Position numbers and translations under genes: made by a program. Below are positions 17,996 through 26,761 of a stretch of DNA of 32,000 bases, piece by piece. Within the stretch, counting starts at the first letter, position 1. Each line of letters begins with the position of its first letter. The stretch comes from Vibrio cholerae ATCC 14035. GTDB lineage: Bacteria; Pseudomonadota; Gammaproteobacteria; Enterobacterales; Vibrionaceae. The notes beneath the pieces are model-generated. The model was not told the origin of the DNA. It worked only from the letters and a program-made list of their open reading frames with translations, and searched no databases. The stretch is taken from contig NZ_KK211322.1 in NCBI RefSeq assembly GCF_000621645.1, forward strand, positions 171,717 to 203,716, written 5' to 3'.

Positions 17996-18790
17996 GTGAA
18001 TATTGAACTCTTAGCTATACTGCTGCTGTTAGGGGCAGTGGTGGGTGTGCTTGCTGGCTTATTGGGCATTGGTGGCGGCTTACTAGTGGTCCCCGCTCTA
18101 CTGTTTTTACTGCCTTATGCTGGCATCTCGACCGAGATTGTGATGCAGCTTGCGCTGGCCACATCGTTAGCGACGATCATACTCACATCAGGCTCATCGG
18201 CACTAAACCATCTAAAGCTGGGTAATGTCGATGTTTTTGTCGTGAAATGGTTAATGCCGGGTGTGGTGGTCGGTGGGTTTTTAGGCTCAGTGGTTGCCGA
18301 ATGGATCCCAAGCCAATATTTACCCAAAGTGTTCGGGGTCATTGTGCTCTGTTTGAGTGTGCAGATGTACCGTTCGATACGTGCATTGCAAAATCATCCA
18401 ATGCCAAGTGCATGGATTACCACCTTGTGCGGTACCGGCATTGGGGTAATCTCAAGTTTGGCCGGTATTGGCGGCGGTTCTTTATCGGTGCCATTTTTGA
18501 ATCGACATGGCATTGAAATGAAAAAGGCGATAGGTTCTTCATCGGTCTGTGGTTTTGCGATTGCGATATCGGGCATGATTGGTTTTATTTTGCACGGTTA
18601 TCAAGTGGAGAACTTGCCACAATACAGCCTTGGTTATGTTTATTTACCTGCATTGTTAGCGATTGCTACAACATCGATGCTTACCACGCGAATTGGCGCT
18701 AAACTTGCCACCCAAATGCCAACAGCAAGGCTTAAGCGATTCTTTGCCATTTTTTTAATGTGCGTCGCTGTGACCATGTTGTTCCAGTAA
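17996..18790 (+). CDS. TSUP (TauE/SafE) family anion-exporter-like membrane protein
   Basis: 264 aa with about 8 hydrophobic spans. Internal 4+4 repeat with glycine-rich helices (LLGIGGGLLVVP / LAGIGGGSLSVP). GTG start preceded by AGGAA. Confidence 0.82.
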   Translation: MNIELLAILLLLGAVVGVLAGLLGIGGGLLVVPALLFLLPYAGISTEIVMQLALATSLATIILTSGSSALNHLKLGNVDVFVVKWLMPGVVVGGFLGSVVAEWIPSQYLPKVFGVIVLCLSVQMYRSIRALQNHPMPSAWITTLCGTGIGVISSLAGIGGGSLSVPFLNRHGIEMKKAIGSSSVCGFAIAISGMIGFILHGYQVENLPQYSLGYVYLPALLAIATTSMLTTRIGAKLATQMPTARLKRFFAIFLMCVAVTMLFQ

Positions 18791-18818
18791 TACTCATTGT
18801 TTATAGAGAAGGTTTGTT

Positions 18819-19634
18819 ATGCCTCAGGGTTATCTGCAGTTTCCCAATATTGACCCCGTATTGTTTTCGATCGGCCCTCTAGCGGTGCGCTGGTATGGCT
18901 TGATGTATTTGGTGGGTTTCCTTTTTGCTATGTGGTTGGCCAATCGCCGAGCGGATCGCGCGGGCAGTGGTTGGACGCGTGAGCAAGTCTCTGACTTGTT
19001 ATTCGCCGGCTTTTTAGGTGTAGTGATCGGTGGCCGAGTTGGTTATGTGATCTTCTACAATTTTGATCTGTTCCTTGCTGACCCTCTTTATTTATTCAAA
19101 GTGTGGACTGGCGGCATGTCCTTCCACGGCGGCTTATTGGGTGTGATCACCGCCATGTTCTGGTATGCGCGTAAAAACCAACGCACCTTCTTTGGTGTGG
19201 CCGATTTTGTTGCCCCTTTAGTGCCATTCGGTTTGGGGATGGGACGTATCGGTAACTTTATGAATAGTGAACTTTGGGGACGAGTAACGGATGTGCCTTG
19301 GGCTTTTGTATTCCCTAATGGTGGCCCACTGCCGCGCCATCCTTCACAGCTTTATGAATTCGCCTTAGAAGGCGTGGTTCTGTTCTTTATTCTTAATTGG
19401 TTTATTGGTAAACCTCGTCCGCTAGGCAGCGTATCCGGACTGTTTTTAGCTGGATACGGTACATTCCGCTTCCTTGTGGAATACGTCCGTGAGCCAGATG
19501 CTCAGTTGGGTCTGTTTGGTGGCTTCATTTCAATGGGGCAAATCCTCTCCTTACCTATGGTGATCATCGGTATTTTGATGATGGTTTGGTCTTACAAGCG
19601 CGGTTTGTATCAAGACCGTGTAGCAGCAAAATAG
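18819..19634 (+). CDS. lgt: Phosphatidylglycerol--prolipoprotein diacylglyceryl transferase
   Basis: 271-aa membrane protein with ..RWYGLMY..GF.., ..[11 protein letters not shown].. and ..GRIGNF.N.ELWG.. signatures. GAAGG SD. The lgt-thyA pairing matches E. coli. Confidence 0.94.
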   Translation: MPQGYLQFPNIDPVLFSIGPLAVRWYGLMYLVGFLFAMWLANRRADRAGSGWTREQVSDLLFAGFLGVVIGGRVGYVIFYNFDLFLADPLYLFKVWTGGMSFHGGLLGVITAMFWYARKNQRTFFGVADFVAPLVPFGLGMGRIGNFMNSELWGRVTDVPWAFVFPNGGPLPRHPSQLYEFALEGVVLFFILNWFIGKPRPLGSVSGLFLAGYGTFRFLVEYVREPDAQLGLFGGFISMGQILSLPMVIIGILMMVWSYKRGLYQDRVAAK

Positions 19635-19643
19635 GGTAGTTAG

Positions 19644-20495
19644 GTGAAACAGTATTTAGATCTTTGTCAGCGCATCGTCGATCAAGGTGTTTGGGTTGAA
19701 AATGAACGAACGGGCAAGCGTTGTTTGACTGTGATTAATGCCGATTTGACCTACGATGTGGGCAACAATCAGTTTCCTCTAGTGACTACACGCAAGAGTT
19801 TTTGGAAAGCTGCCGTAGCCGAGTTGCTCGGCTATATTCGTGGTTACGATAATGCGGCGGATTTTCGCCAATTAGGTACCAAAACCTGGGATGCTAATGC
19901 CAATTTAAACCAAGCATGGCTCAACAATCCTTACCGTAAAGGTGAGGATGACATGGGACGCGTGTATGGTGTTCAGGGTAGAGCTTGGGCTAAGCCTGAT
20001 GGTGGTCATATTGACCAGTTGAAAAAGATTGTTGATGATTTGAGCCGTGGCGTTGATGACCGAGGTGAAATTCTTAACTTCTACAATCCGGGTGAATTTC
20101 ACATGGGGTGTTTGCGCCCTTGCATGTACAGCCATCATTTTTCATTGCTGGGGGATACCTTGTATCTCAACAGTACTCAGCGTTCATGTGATGTGCCCTT
20201 GGGGTTGAATTTCAACATGGTGCAGGTTTATGTGTTCCTTGCGCTGATGGCACAGATCACAGGGAAAAAGCCGGGCTTGGCGTATCACAAGATCGTCAAT
20301 GCGCACATTTACCAAGATCAACTCGAATTGATGCGCGATGTGCAGCTAAAACGTGAGCCATTCCCAGCGCCTCAGTTCCATATCAATCCAAAGATTAAAA
20401 CACTGCAGGATTTGGAAACTTGGGTCACTTTGGATGATTTTGACGTCACCGGATATCAGTTCCACGATCCTATTCAATACCCGTTTTCAGTCTAA
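19644..20495 (+). CDS. thyA: Thymidylate synthase ThyA (283-aa Haemophilus/Vibrio-type)
   Basis: [12 protein letters not shown].., catalytic Cys region [11 protein letters not shown] and [13 protein letters not shown]. Closely resembles the remembered H. influenzae 283-aa ThyA. GTG start. Confidence 0.94.
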   Translation: MKQYLDLCQRIVDQGVWVENERTGKRCLTVINADLTYDVGNNQFPLVTTRKSFWKAAVAELLGYIRGYDNAADFRQLGTKTWDANANLNQAWLNNPYRKGEDDMGRVYGVQGRAWAKPDGGHIDQLKKIVDDLSRGVDDRGEILNFYNPGEFHMGCLRPCMYSHHFSLLGDTLYLNSTQRSCDVPLGLNFNMVQVYVFLALMAQITGKKPGLAYHKIVNAHIYQDQLELMRDVQLKREPFPAPQFHINPKIKTLQDLETWVTLDDFDVTGYQFHDPIQYPFSV

Positions 20496-20533
20496 TCCCG
20501 TATTCAGGCGGTATGGCTTGATGGGTTTTATAT

Positions 20534-20567
20534 AAAAAAAGCTCCCGAAGGTCGGGAGCTTTTTTTA
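20534..20567. terminator. Bidirectional rho-independent terminator between convergent thyA and nptA
   Basis: AAAAAAAGCTCCCGA (20534-20548), loop AGG, TCGGGAGCTTTTTTT (20552-20566). Confidence 0.9.
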
Positions 20568-20587
20568 TACAGATGATGCTTTAACGC

Positions 20588-21736
20588 TTAAGCGGTTAGG
20601 GCAAGAATGCTGCCGGGGATGACGACAAACACACCCAATAAGTAACTCACCACCACCATTTTGCTCTTACAAGCCCAAGTTGAGATGAGCTCAGCACCTT
20701 TAATAGGCAGTTCGCGTAAGAAAGGAATACCGTAAATCAAGACCGTAGCCATCAAGTTAAAGCTTAAGTGCACCAGCGCAATTTGCAGAGCAAACACGGC
20801 AAACTCACCAGAGACAGCGGTTGCGGCGAGCAGAGCAGTAATACAAGTGCCAATGTTCGCACCTAAGGTAAATGGGTAGATTTCACGCACTTTCAGCACG
20901 CCAGAGCCCACGAGAGGAACCATTAGGCTGGTTGTGGTCGATGAAGATTGAACTAATACCGTAACCACTGTACCTGAAGCAATACCGTGTAGTGGGCCTC
21001 GGCCAATCGCATTTTGTAGAATTTCACGTGCGCGGCCAACCATCAAACTCTTCATCAGTTTGCCCATCACCGTAATGGCGACGAAAATGGTCGCAATACC
21101 CAATACGATAAGTGCGACACCACCGAAAGTATTACCCAATACCGAAAGCTGGGTTTCAAGCCCTGTGATGACAGGTTTGGTAATCGGTTTGATAAAATCA
21201 AAACCTTTCATGCTCATATCGCCAGTCGCAAGCAGAGGCGAAACGAGCCAGTGTGAGACTTTCTCTAAAATGCCAAACATCATTTCTAGAGGTAGGAAGA
21301 TCAGCACCGCGAGAAGATTGAAAAAATCGTGGATGGTGGCACTGGCGAAAGCACGGCGAAACTCTTCTTTACAGCGCATATGGCCAAGGCTGACGAGAGT
21401 ATTGGTCACAGTAGTACCAATATTGGCACCCATCACCATAGGAATCGCGGTTTCAACCGGTAACCCACCGGCAACGAGACCAACAATAATAGAAGTCACC
21501 GTGCTTGAGGATTGAATCAGTGCCGTTGCCACTAAACCAATCATCAATCCTGCAATTGGGTGGGAAGCAAATTCAAATAGAACTTTGGCTTGATCGCCGG
21601 TTGCCCATTTAAAACCGCTGCCGACCATCGCGACTGCAAGAAGTAGTAAATACAGCATGAAAGCCAAGTTTGCCCAACGTAGGCCTTTCGTGGTCAGCGA
21701 AATCGGCGCTGCAGGGGAAGTTGCTTGGTTTATCAT
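20588..21736 (-). CDS. nptA: Na+-dependent phosphate cotransporter (PNaS / SLC34-like)
   Basis: 382-aa membrane protein with the duplicated QSSS repeat motifs (LIQSSSTVTSIIV and LVQSSSTTTSLMV) typical of type II Na/Pi cotransporters. Matches my memory of V. cholerae NptA. Confidence 0.88.
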   Translation of the reverse strand: MINQATSPAAPISLTTKGLRWANLAFMLYLLLLAVAMVGSGFKWATGDQAKVLFEFASHPIAGLMIGLVATALIQSSSTVTSIIVGLVAGGLPVETAIPMVMGANIGTTVTNTLVSLGHMRCKEEFRRAFASATIHDFFNLLAVLIFLPLEMMFGILEKVSHWLVSPLLATGDMSMKGFDFIKPITKPVITGLETQLSVLGNTFGGVALIVLGIATIFVAITVMGKLMKSLMVGRAREILQNAIGRGPLHGIASGTVVTVLVQSSSTTTSLMVPLVGSGVLKVREIYPFTLGANIGTCITALLAATAVSGEFAVFALQIALVHLSFNLMATVLIYGIPFLRELPIKGAELISTWACKSKMVVVSYLLGVFVVIPGSILALTA

Positions 21737-22050
21737 TATTTTCTCCGTGGACCGTTGTTAAGGGTTCGGTCGATTGTTGAATTCGAGGCTGATGGTAGAG
21801 AGGAAATATTTCACTAATATGACATTTCGGTGTAACTGATGAGTTATTCATCAATATTGCAACATGCTTAAAAAATGAGTGACAAGGGCTTTGTTAACTT
21901 TATGTTTTATAATGGGTTTATGACCGGTACCACTTGGTGGTTGGGTTGTAACAAAGTGTGTAATGAGCTTGTCGATAGGCCTCGGGTGCTATGAGTTTAT
22001 GACAGTTCGTATTCTTGTTTATGAAAAATCCTAACTAAACGGTTTATTGT

Positions 22051-22065
22051 TTCGGTTTATCCGAA
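22051..22065. promoter_or_regulatory. LysR-type T-N11-A dyad candidate TTCGGtttatCCGAA
   Basis: 5-bp inverted arms around an AT-rich core, 66-80 bp upstream of the nhaR ATG in the nptA-nhaR divergent region. Confidence 0.3.
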
Positions 22066-22130
22066 CTTATTGTTGTAAAAGATCGCATCTGTTATAAGGA
22101 AAACGGGATTTCTAGCGGGTAGTCGATTTC

Positions 22131-23021
22131 ATGTCTCATCTTAACTATAACCACCTCTATTATTTCTGGATGGTGTGTAAACAAGGCTCGGTAACCAAAG
22201 CGGCCGATGCTCTGTTTTTAACGCCCCAAACCGTGACGGGGCAGATCAAAGCTTTGGAAGAACGACTTGATGGTAAGTTGACGAAACGTAATGGCCGCAG
22301 TATTGAGCCGACTGAATTGGGACAGTTGGTCTTTAAATACGCTGATCGTATGTTTGGCTTGAGTTATGAAATGTTGGATATCGTTAACTATAGCCAGCGT
22401 TCAAACTTGCTGTTTGATGTGGGAGTGGCAGACGCCTTATCCAAAAGATTGGTGAGCAAAATATTGCTGACCTCAGTACCCGGTGATAACCGGATTCATC
22501 TACGCTGCTTTGAATCAACCCATGAGATGCTATTGGAACAGTTAGCACAGCATAAGTTGGATATGATCTTATCTGATTGCCCAGTGGATTCGAGCCAAAG
22601 TCCCGGCTTATTTAGTAAAAAACTCGGTGAGAGTCGCATGAGTTTTTTCAGCTTTGGTGACGTGGATTTTGCGCCATTCCCCGCGGTGTTGCAGAGTAAA
22701 AAATTGTTAGTTCCAGGCAGTCGAACCGCAATGGGGCGTAAAGTGCGGCAGTGGTTTGATCGTCAAGGGTTACAACCACATATTCTCGGTGAATTTGATG
22801 ACTCTGCTTTAATGAAAGCGTTTGCCATCTATCACAGTGATGCCGTGTTTATGGCTCCTTCTTTTTATGTCTCAGAAGTGGATGCGGAATCATCATTGAA
22901 ACTCATCGGACATGTGGATGAGATTAAAGAGGAGTATTATGTCATCTTCGCTGAACGCATGATCCAGCACCCAGCAGTAAAAAATGTCTGTGATGCTGAT
23001 TTTACTAACTTATTTTTGTGA
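22131..23021 (+). CDS. nhaR: LysR-family Na+-responsive transcriptional activator NhaR
   Basis: The N-terminus [46 protein letters not shown] is nearly identical to remembered E. coli NhaR (..[43 protein letters not shown]). Confidence 0.9.
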   Translation: MSHLNYNHLYYFWMVCKQGSVTKAADALFLTPQTVTGQIKALEERLDGKLTKRNGRSIEPTELGQLVFKYADRMFGLSYEMLDIVNYSQRSNLLFDVGVADALSKRLVSKILLTSVPGDNRIHLRCFESTHEMLLEQLAQHKLDMILSDCPVDSSQSPGLFSKKLGESRMSFFSFGDVDFAPFPAVLQSKKLLVPGSRTAMGRKVRQWFDRQGLQPHILGEFDDSALMKAFAIYHSDAVFMAPSFYVSEVDAESSLKLIGHVDEIKEEYYVIFAERMIQHPAVKNVCDADFTNLFL

Positions 23022-23219
23022 ATAATTATCACTGTTAAGTCTTTGATCACTACCCAATGATAAGTGAAAACAATAAACTAGCGTTCTTGATTAGTTTTTT
23101 ATCATTATCAGCGAGTTTTCTCCGCTTTCACCATTTCGACCCATCATGATCACTCAACCGAATTACGACATCGGTGATTAGAACGACAGAGAAAAGTGAA
23201 TGAATGGGTTGGAATTAAA

Positions 23220-23285
23220 ATGCCGTATTTAAAGGGGGCACCAATGAATCTCCAAGAGATGGAAAAAATTCTGCCAAAGCGGTAG
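23220..23285 (+). pseudogene. hlyU: Detached 5' end of hlyU (MPYLKGAPMNLQEMEKILPKR-stop), out of frame with the gene body
   Basis: ATG 23220 and ATG 23244 lie in one frame that stops at TAG 23283-23285. ATG 23244 has SD AAGGGGG 23232-23238. The frame change maps to the A6 run 23263-23268. Confidence 0.6.
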
Positions 23286-23287
23286 TT

Positions 23288-23545
23288 TTGCTCAAAGCGA
23301 TGGCCAATGAGCGGCGACTGCAAATTTTATGTATGTTACTGGACAATGAACTGTCGGTAGGGGAATTGAGCAGCCGTTTGGAACTCAGCCAGTCTGCTCT
23401 TTCTCAACATCTAGCGTGGCTACGTCGTGATGGTTTAGTGAATACACGTAAAGAAGCGCAAACCGTGTTTTATACGTTGAGCAGTACAGAAGTGAAGGCG
23501 ATGATTGAACTGTTGCACCGTCTTTATTGTCAGGCGAATCAGTAG
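23288..23545 (+). CDS. hlyU: ArsR/SmtB-family winged-helix regulator HlyU, body of the gene (ORF-track start is TTG 23288; first ATG is 23300)
   Basis: ..LLKAMANERRLQILCMLLDNELSVGELSSRLELSQSALSQHLAWLRRDGLV.. is a typical ArsR/SmtB alpha1-alpha4 wHTH (compare E. coli YgaV). It matches my memory of V. cholerae HlyU, which I place between nhaR and rpsT. Confidence 0.8.
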   Translation: MLKAMANERRLQILCMLLDNELSVGELSSRLELSQSALSQHLAWLRRDGLVNTRKEAQTVFYTLSSTEVKAMIELLHRLYCQANQ

Positions 23546-23565
23546 GGTGGTCGAAAAAAAGGTAT

Positions 23566-23592
23566 AAAAAAACCGGCGTAGGCCGGTTTTTT
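23566..23592. terminator. Bidirectional rho-independent terminator between convergent hlyU and rpsT
   Basis: AAAAAAACCGGC (23566-23577), loop GTAG, GCCGGTTTTTT (23582-23592). Confidence 0.9.
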
Positions 23593-23613
23593 GTTGCTGA
23601 AGATCAAACTCTA

Positions 23614-23874
23614 TTACAGAGCGTTGATAGCAGCAAAGAAGCGAGACTTGTGACGAGCTGCTTTATTCTTGTGAATAAGGCCTTTAGTCGCCATGCGGTC
23701 TAGGATTGGTGTAACTACAGCGAATGCAGCAGTTGCAGCTTCTTTGTCGCCAGCAGCGATTGCAGCAACAGTTTTCTTCATGTAAGTGCGCATCATAGAA
23801 CGACGGCTAGCATTGTGCTGGCGACGTTTCTCAGCTTGGATAGCGCGCTTCTTAGCAGATTTGTTATTTGCCAA
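23614..23874 (-). CDS. rpsT: 30S ribosomal protein S20
   Basis: (M)[29 protein letters not shown].. I prefer the TTG start at 23874..23872 with GGGAG 8 nt upstream. E. coli rpsT also uses UUG. The ORF-track ATG at 23889 adds 5 non-conserved residues. Confidence 0.93.
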
Positions 23875-24131
23875 GGGTCTAACTCCCAAAAACTTAGTTC
23901 GGTGACATTTTAAGGGCGGGAAATATCCCCGATTTGCTCTTTAATGTCAAATGATTTGTGCAAAAACCCAACTGGACCAAACAAACTTGGTATCGAAGAG
24001 CCTTCGCGGTTAAGATGGCGGGGATTCTATCAGCATTTTTTTACCAATGCTAATACTTATCTGATCTCACTATGACATTCTTATCCTTTCGAATCAGATA
24101 ATGTGGTTTTGACTCTTTGTTCGAGGTTACC

Positions 24132-25694
24132 GTGAGTAAACGCTTACTCAAGTCTGGCATCATTGTAAGTGCTATGACTTTGATTTCTCGTGTTTTAGGT
24201 TTAGTGCGCGATGTGGTTGTGGCCAATTTGATGGGCGCAGGCGCCAGTGCTGACGTATTCTTTTTTGCCAACCGAATTCCCAATTTTTTACGCCGATTAT
24301 TTGCAGAAGGGGCCTTCTCTCAAGCATTTGTCCCGGTATTAACCGAATATCATGCCTCGGGTGATATCAATAAAACTCGAGATTTAATTGCGCGAGCGTC
24401 GGGAACTCTCGGTGTTTTAGTGACCATAGTGACGCTAATTGGAGTGCTCGGCTCTGGCGCAGTCACCGCATTATTTGGCGCAGGTTGGTTCCTAGACTGG
24501 TTGAATGGGGGCCCTGCTGCAGGAAAGTTTGAGTTAGCGAGCTTACTGCTCAAGATTACTTTTCCCTATTTGTGGTTTATCACCTTTGTTGCCTTGTCTG
24601 GGGCAATTTTAAACACCTTAGGTAAGTTTGCTGTCTCCTCTTTCACGCCAGTTTTCTTGAACGTGATGATGATTCTGTGTGCTTGGTACCTCTCGCCAAA
24701 TCTAGAACAGCCGGAAGTGGGCTTAGCAATAGGCGTATTTTTAGGTGGTTTAGTCCAGTTTTTATTTCAACTGCCATTTTTGATCAAGGCTGGAGTGCTG
24801 GTTAGGCCTAAATGGGGCTGGAAAGATCCTGGGGTGGTGAAAATTCGCACACTGATGATTCCTGCACTGTTTGGAGTATCGGTCAGTCAAATCAACTTGT
24901 TATTTGACTCCTTCGTGGCCAGTTTTCTGCAAACCGGTTCGATCAGCTGGCTCTATTATTCGGATCGCCTGCTGGAGTTTCCCCTCGGCTTATTTGGAAT
25001 TGCCATCGCGACGGTGATTTTGCCTGCCTTATCGCGTAAACATGTAGATGCGCACAGTGATGGGTTTGCCCACACCATGGACTGGGGGATTCGCATGGTT
25101 ACGTTTCTCGGCATTCCTGCCATGCTGGGTTTGATGGTACTGGCAAAACCTATGCTGATGGTGCTGTTTATGCGCGGGGAATTTACTTCAAGCGATGTAG
25201 AGCAAGCGTCCTATTCGTTACTCGCTTACTCATCTGGCTTGCTCAGCTTTATGTTGATCAAAGTGTTAGCGCCGGGATATTACTCACGTCAAGACACGAA
25301 AACCCCCGTACGTTACGGAATTATCGCTATGGTCAGCAATATTGTGCTTAACGCAATCTTTGCGTGGTTTTACGGCTATGTTGGCTTGGCGGTCGCGACT
25401 TCGATGTCCGCTTTCCTGAATATGGCACTGCTTTATCGTGGTTTGCACTTACAAGGTGTTTATCATCTGACTCGCAAAACCGTCTGGTTTGTTGCGCGAC
25501 TGGTGATGGCGGGAGCGGTAATGACTGGGGCGCTTTTGTGGCAGTTAGACACTATGGCTACATGGTTGAGCTGGGGAATCAGTCAGCGCGCATTGACGCT
25601 GACAGGCTTGATTGGCCTTGGCGTGGCATCTTATCTGGCTATTTTGCTGTTACTGGGTGTTCGTCTCAAAGATCTAAAAGCGGCGACAGAGTAG
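24132..25694 (+). CDS. murJ: Lipid II flippase MurJ (MviN)
   Basis: Polytopic MOP-family protein. ..LLKSGIIVSAMTLISRVLGLVRDVVVA..FGAG..DVFFFANRIPNFLRRLFAEGAFSQAFVPVL.. matches remembered MurJ. GTG 24132 is preferred; the ORF-track start at 24117 is possible. Confidence 0.93.
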   Translation: MSKRLLKSGIIVSAMTLISRVLGLVRDVVVANLMGAGASADVFFFANRIPNFLRRLFAEGAFSQAFVPVLTEYHASGDINKTRDLIARASGTLGVLVTIVTLIGVLGSGAVTALFGAGWFLDWLNGGPAAGKFELASLLLKITFPYLWFITFVALSGAILNTLGKFAVSSFTPVFLNVMMILCAWYLSPNLEQPEVGLAIGVFLGGLVQFLFQLPFLIKAGVLVRPKWGWKDPGVVKIRTLMIPALFGVSVSQINLLFDSFVASFLQTGSISWLYYSDRLLEFPLGLFGIAIATVILPALSRKHVDAHSDGFAHTMDWGIRMVTFLGIPAMLGLMVLAKPMLMVLFMRGEFTSSDVEQASYSLLAYSSGLLSFMLIKVLAPGYYSRQDTKTPVRYGIIAMVSNIVLNAIFAWFYGYVGLAVATSMSAFLNMALLYRGLHLQGVYHLTRKTVWFVARLVMAGAVMTGALLWQLDTMATWLSWGISQRALTLTGLIGLGVASYLAILLLLGVRLKDLKAATE

Positions 25695-25762
25695 CGAGCT
25701 TTAGGTATAATCCGCCAGTTTCGCACCATGAGAATCAAAATATAGGTTTTAAGCATCTTCCG

Positions 25763-26731
25763 ATGGAATTAATACGCGGTATTCATAACATTCAATCTCG
25801 CCATCACGGCTGTGTATTGACGATTGGCAACTTTGACGGTGTTCATCTTGGTCATCAACAAGTGCTCAGTCAGGTGGTGCAGCGTGCCCAGCAGATGGGT
25901 TTGCCTTCGGTAGTGATGACGTTTGAACCTCAGCCCCTAGAGCTGTTTGCCAAACAACAAGCGCCCGCGCGTTTAACACGTCTGCGCGATAAGTTTGTGC
26001 AACTCAGCAAACTCGGGGTTGATCGCCTGCTGTGCGTTAATTTCAACCATCATTTTGCCCAATTGGATGCCCACACGTTTATTCGTGACTTGTTGGTGAC
26101 CCGTTTGGGTGTTAAGTTTCTGGTGGTTGGTGATGATTTCTGCTTCGGTAAAGAGCGTCAAGGTAACTTTGCGCTGCTACAACAGGCAGGGCAAGCCTTA
26201 GGTTTTGAGGTGGTGAGCACCCGAAGCTTCTGTTTGCAACAACTGCGCGTGAGTAGCACCGCGATTCGTGAAGCGTTAGCGGCTGACCAATTGAGCAGTG
26301 CCTCGGCTATGTTGGGGCGCCATTACAGCATCAGTGGTCGTGTCTCGCATGGTCAAAAACTCGGGCGAACAATCGGCTTTCCCACCGCTAACATTCCACT
26401 GAAACGTTGTGTTTCTCCGGTTTCTGGAGTGTATGTGGTTGAAGCCTATGGTTTGGGCCCAACGCCAGTCGGTGGGGTTGCCAATATCGGTAATCGTCCG
26501 ACGGTCGATGGTGTTCGCCAGCAGCTAGAAGTGCACTTTTTTGACTTTCAAGGCAACCTGTACGGAAAGCAGTTGGAAGTCGCGCTGTTACATAAACTAC
26601 GTGATGAGCGCAAATTCGCCTCTTTTGAGGCACTAAAGCAACAAATTGAATTGGATGCTGAAGCAGCAAGGGTGTGGCTGCGTCAGCTTAAGGGTTGCTC
26701 GGTTGATTCCACCCAGCAACAACATGTCTAA
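25763..26731 (+). CDS. ribF: Bifunctional riboflavin kinase / FMN adenylyltransferase
   Basis: MELIRGIHNI..CVLTIGNFDGVHLGHQ (FAD synthetase motif). C-terminal riboflavin kinase domain (..GFPTANI.., ..EVHFFDF.G.LYG..). The true start is ATG 25763, not the ORF-track start at 25364. Confidence 0.93.
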   Translation: MELIRGIHNIQSRHHGCVLTIGNFDGVHLGHQQVLSQVVQRAQQMGLPSVVMTFEPQPLELFAKQQAPARLTRLRDKFVQLSKLGVDRLLCVNFNHHFAQLDAHTFIRDLLVTRLGVKFLVVGDDFCFGKERQGNFALLQQAGQALGFEVVSTRSFCLQQLRVSSTAIREALAADQLSSASAMLGRHYSISGRVSHGQKLGRTIGFPTANIPLKRCVSPVSGVYVVEAYGLGPTPVGGVANIGNRPTVDGVRQQLEVHFFDFQGNLYGKQLEVALLHKLRDERKFASFEALKQQIELDAEAARVWLRQLKGCSVDSTQQQHV

Positions 26732-26761
26732 CTTCGCCCAATATAACGGAATTAAGAATCG

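Noticed and set aside
23263-23268. Programmed -1 ribosomal frameshift or transcriptional slippage as the intended way of expressing hlyU.
   Set aside because: There is no X XXY YYZ heptamer in the zero frame (the codons are GAA AAA ATT). I saw no obvious downstream stimulatory structure. An A6 run is shorter than the runs of about 9 or more usually needed for efficient transcriptional slippage. Mutation or sequencing error is more parsimonious. It is kept as a minor alternative in the finding.
25364-25762. 133-codon in-frame N-terminal extension of the ribF ORF in the ORF track (455 aa), overlapping the last third of murJ.
   Set aside because: The extension is an open alternative frame of murJ with no RBS and no similarity to RibF. 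RibF homology begins at MELIRGIHNI (ATG 25763), 68 nt after the murJ stop.
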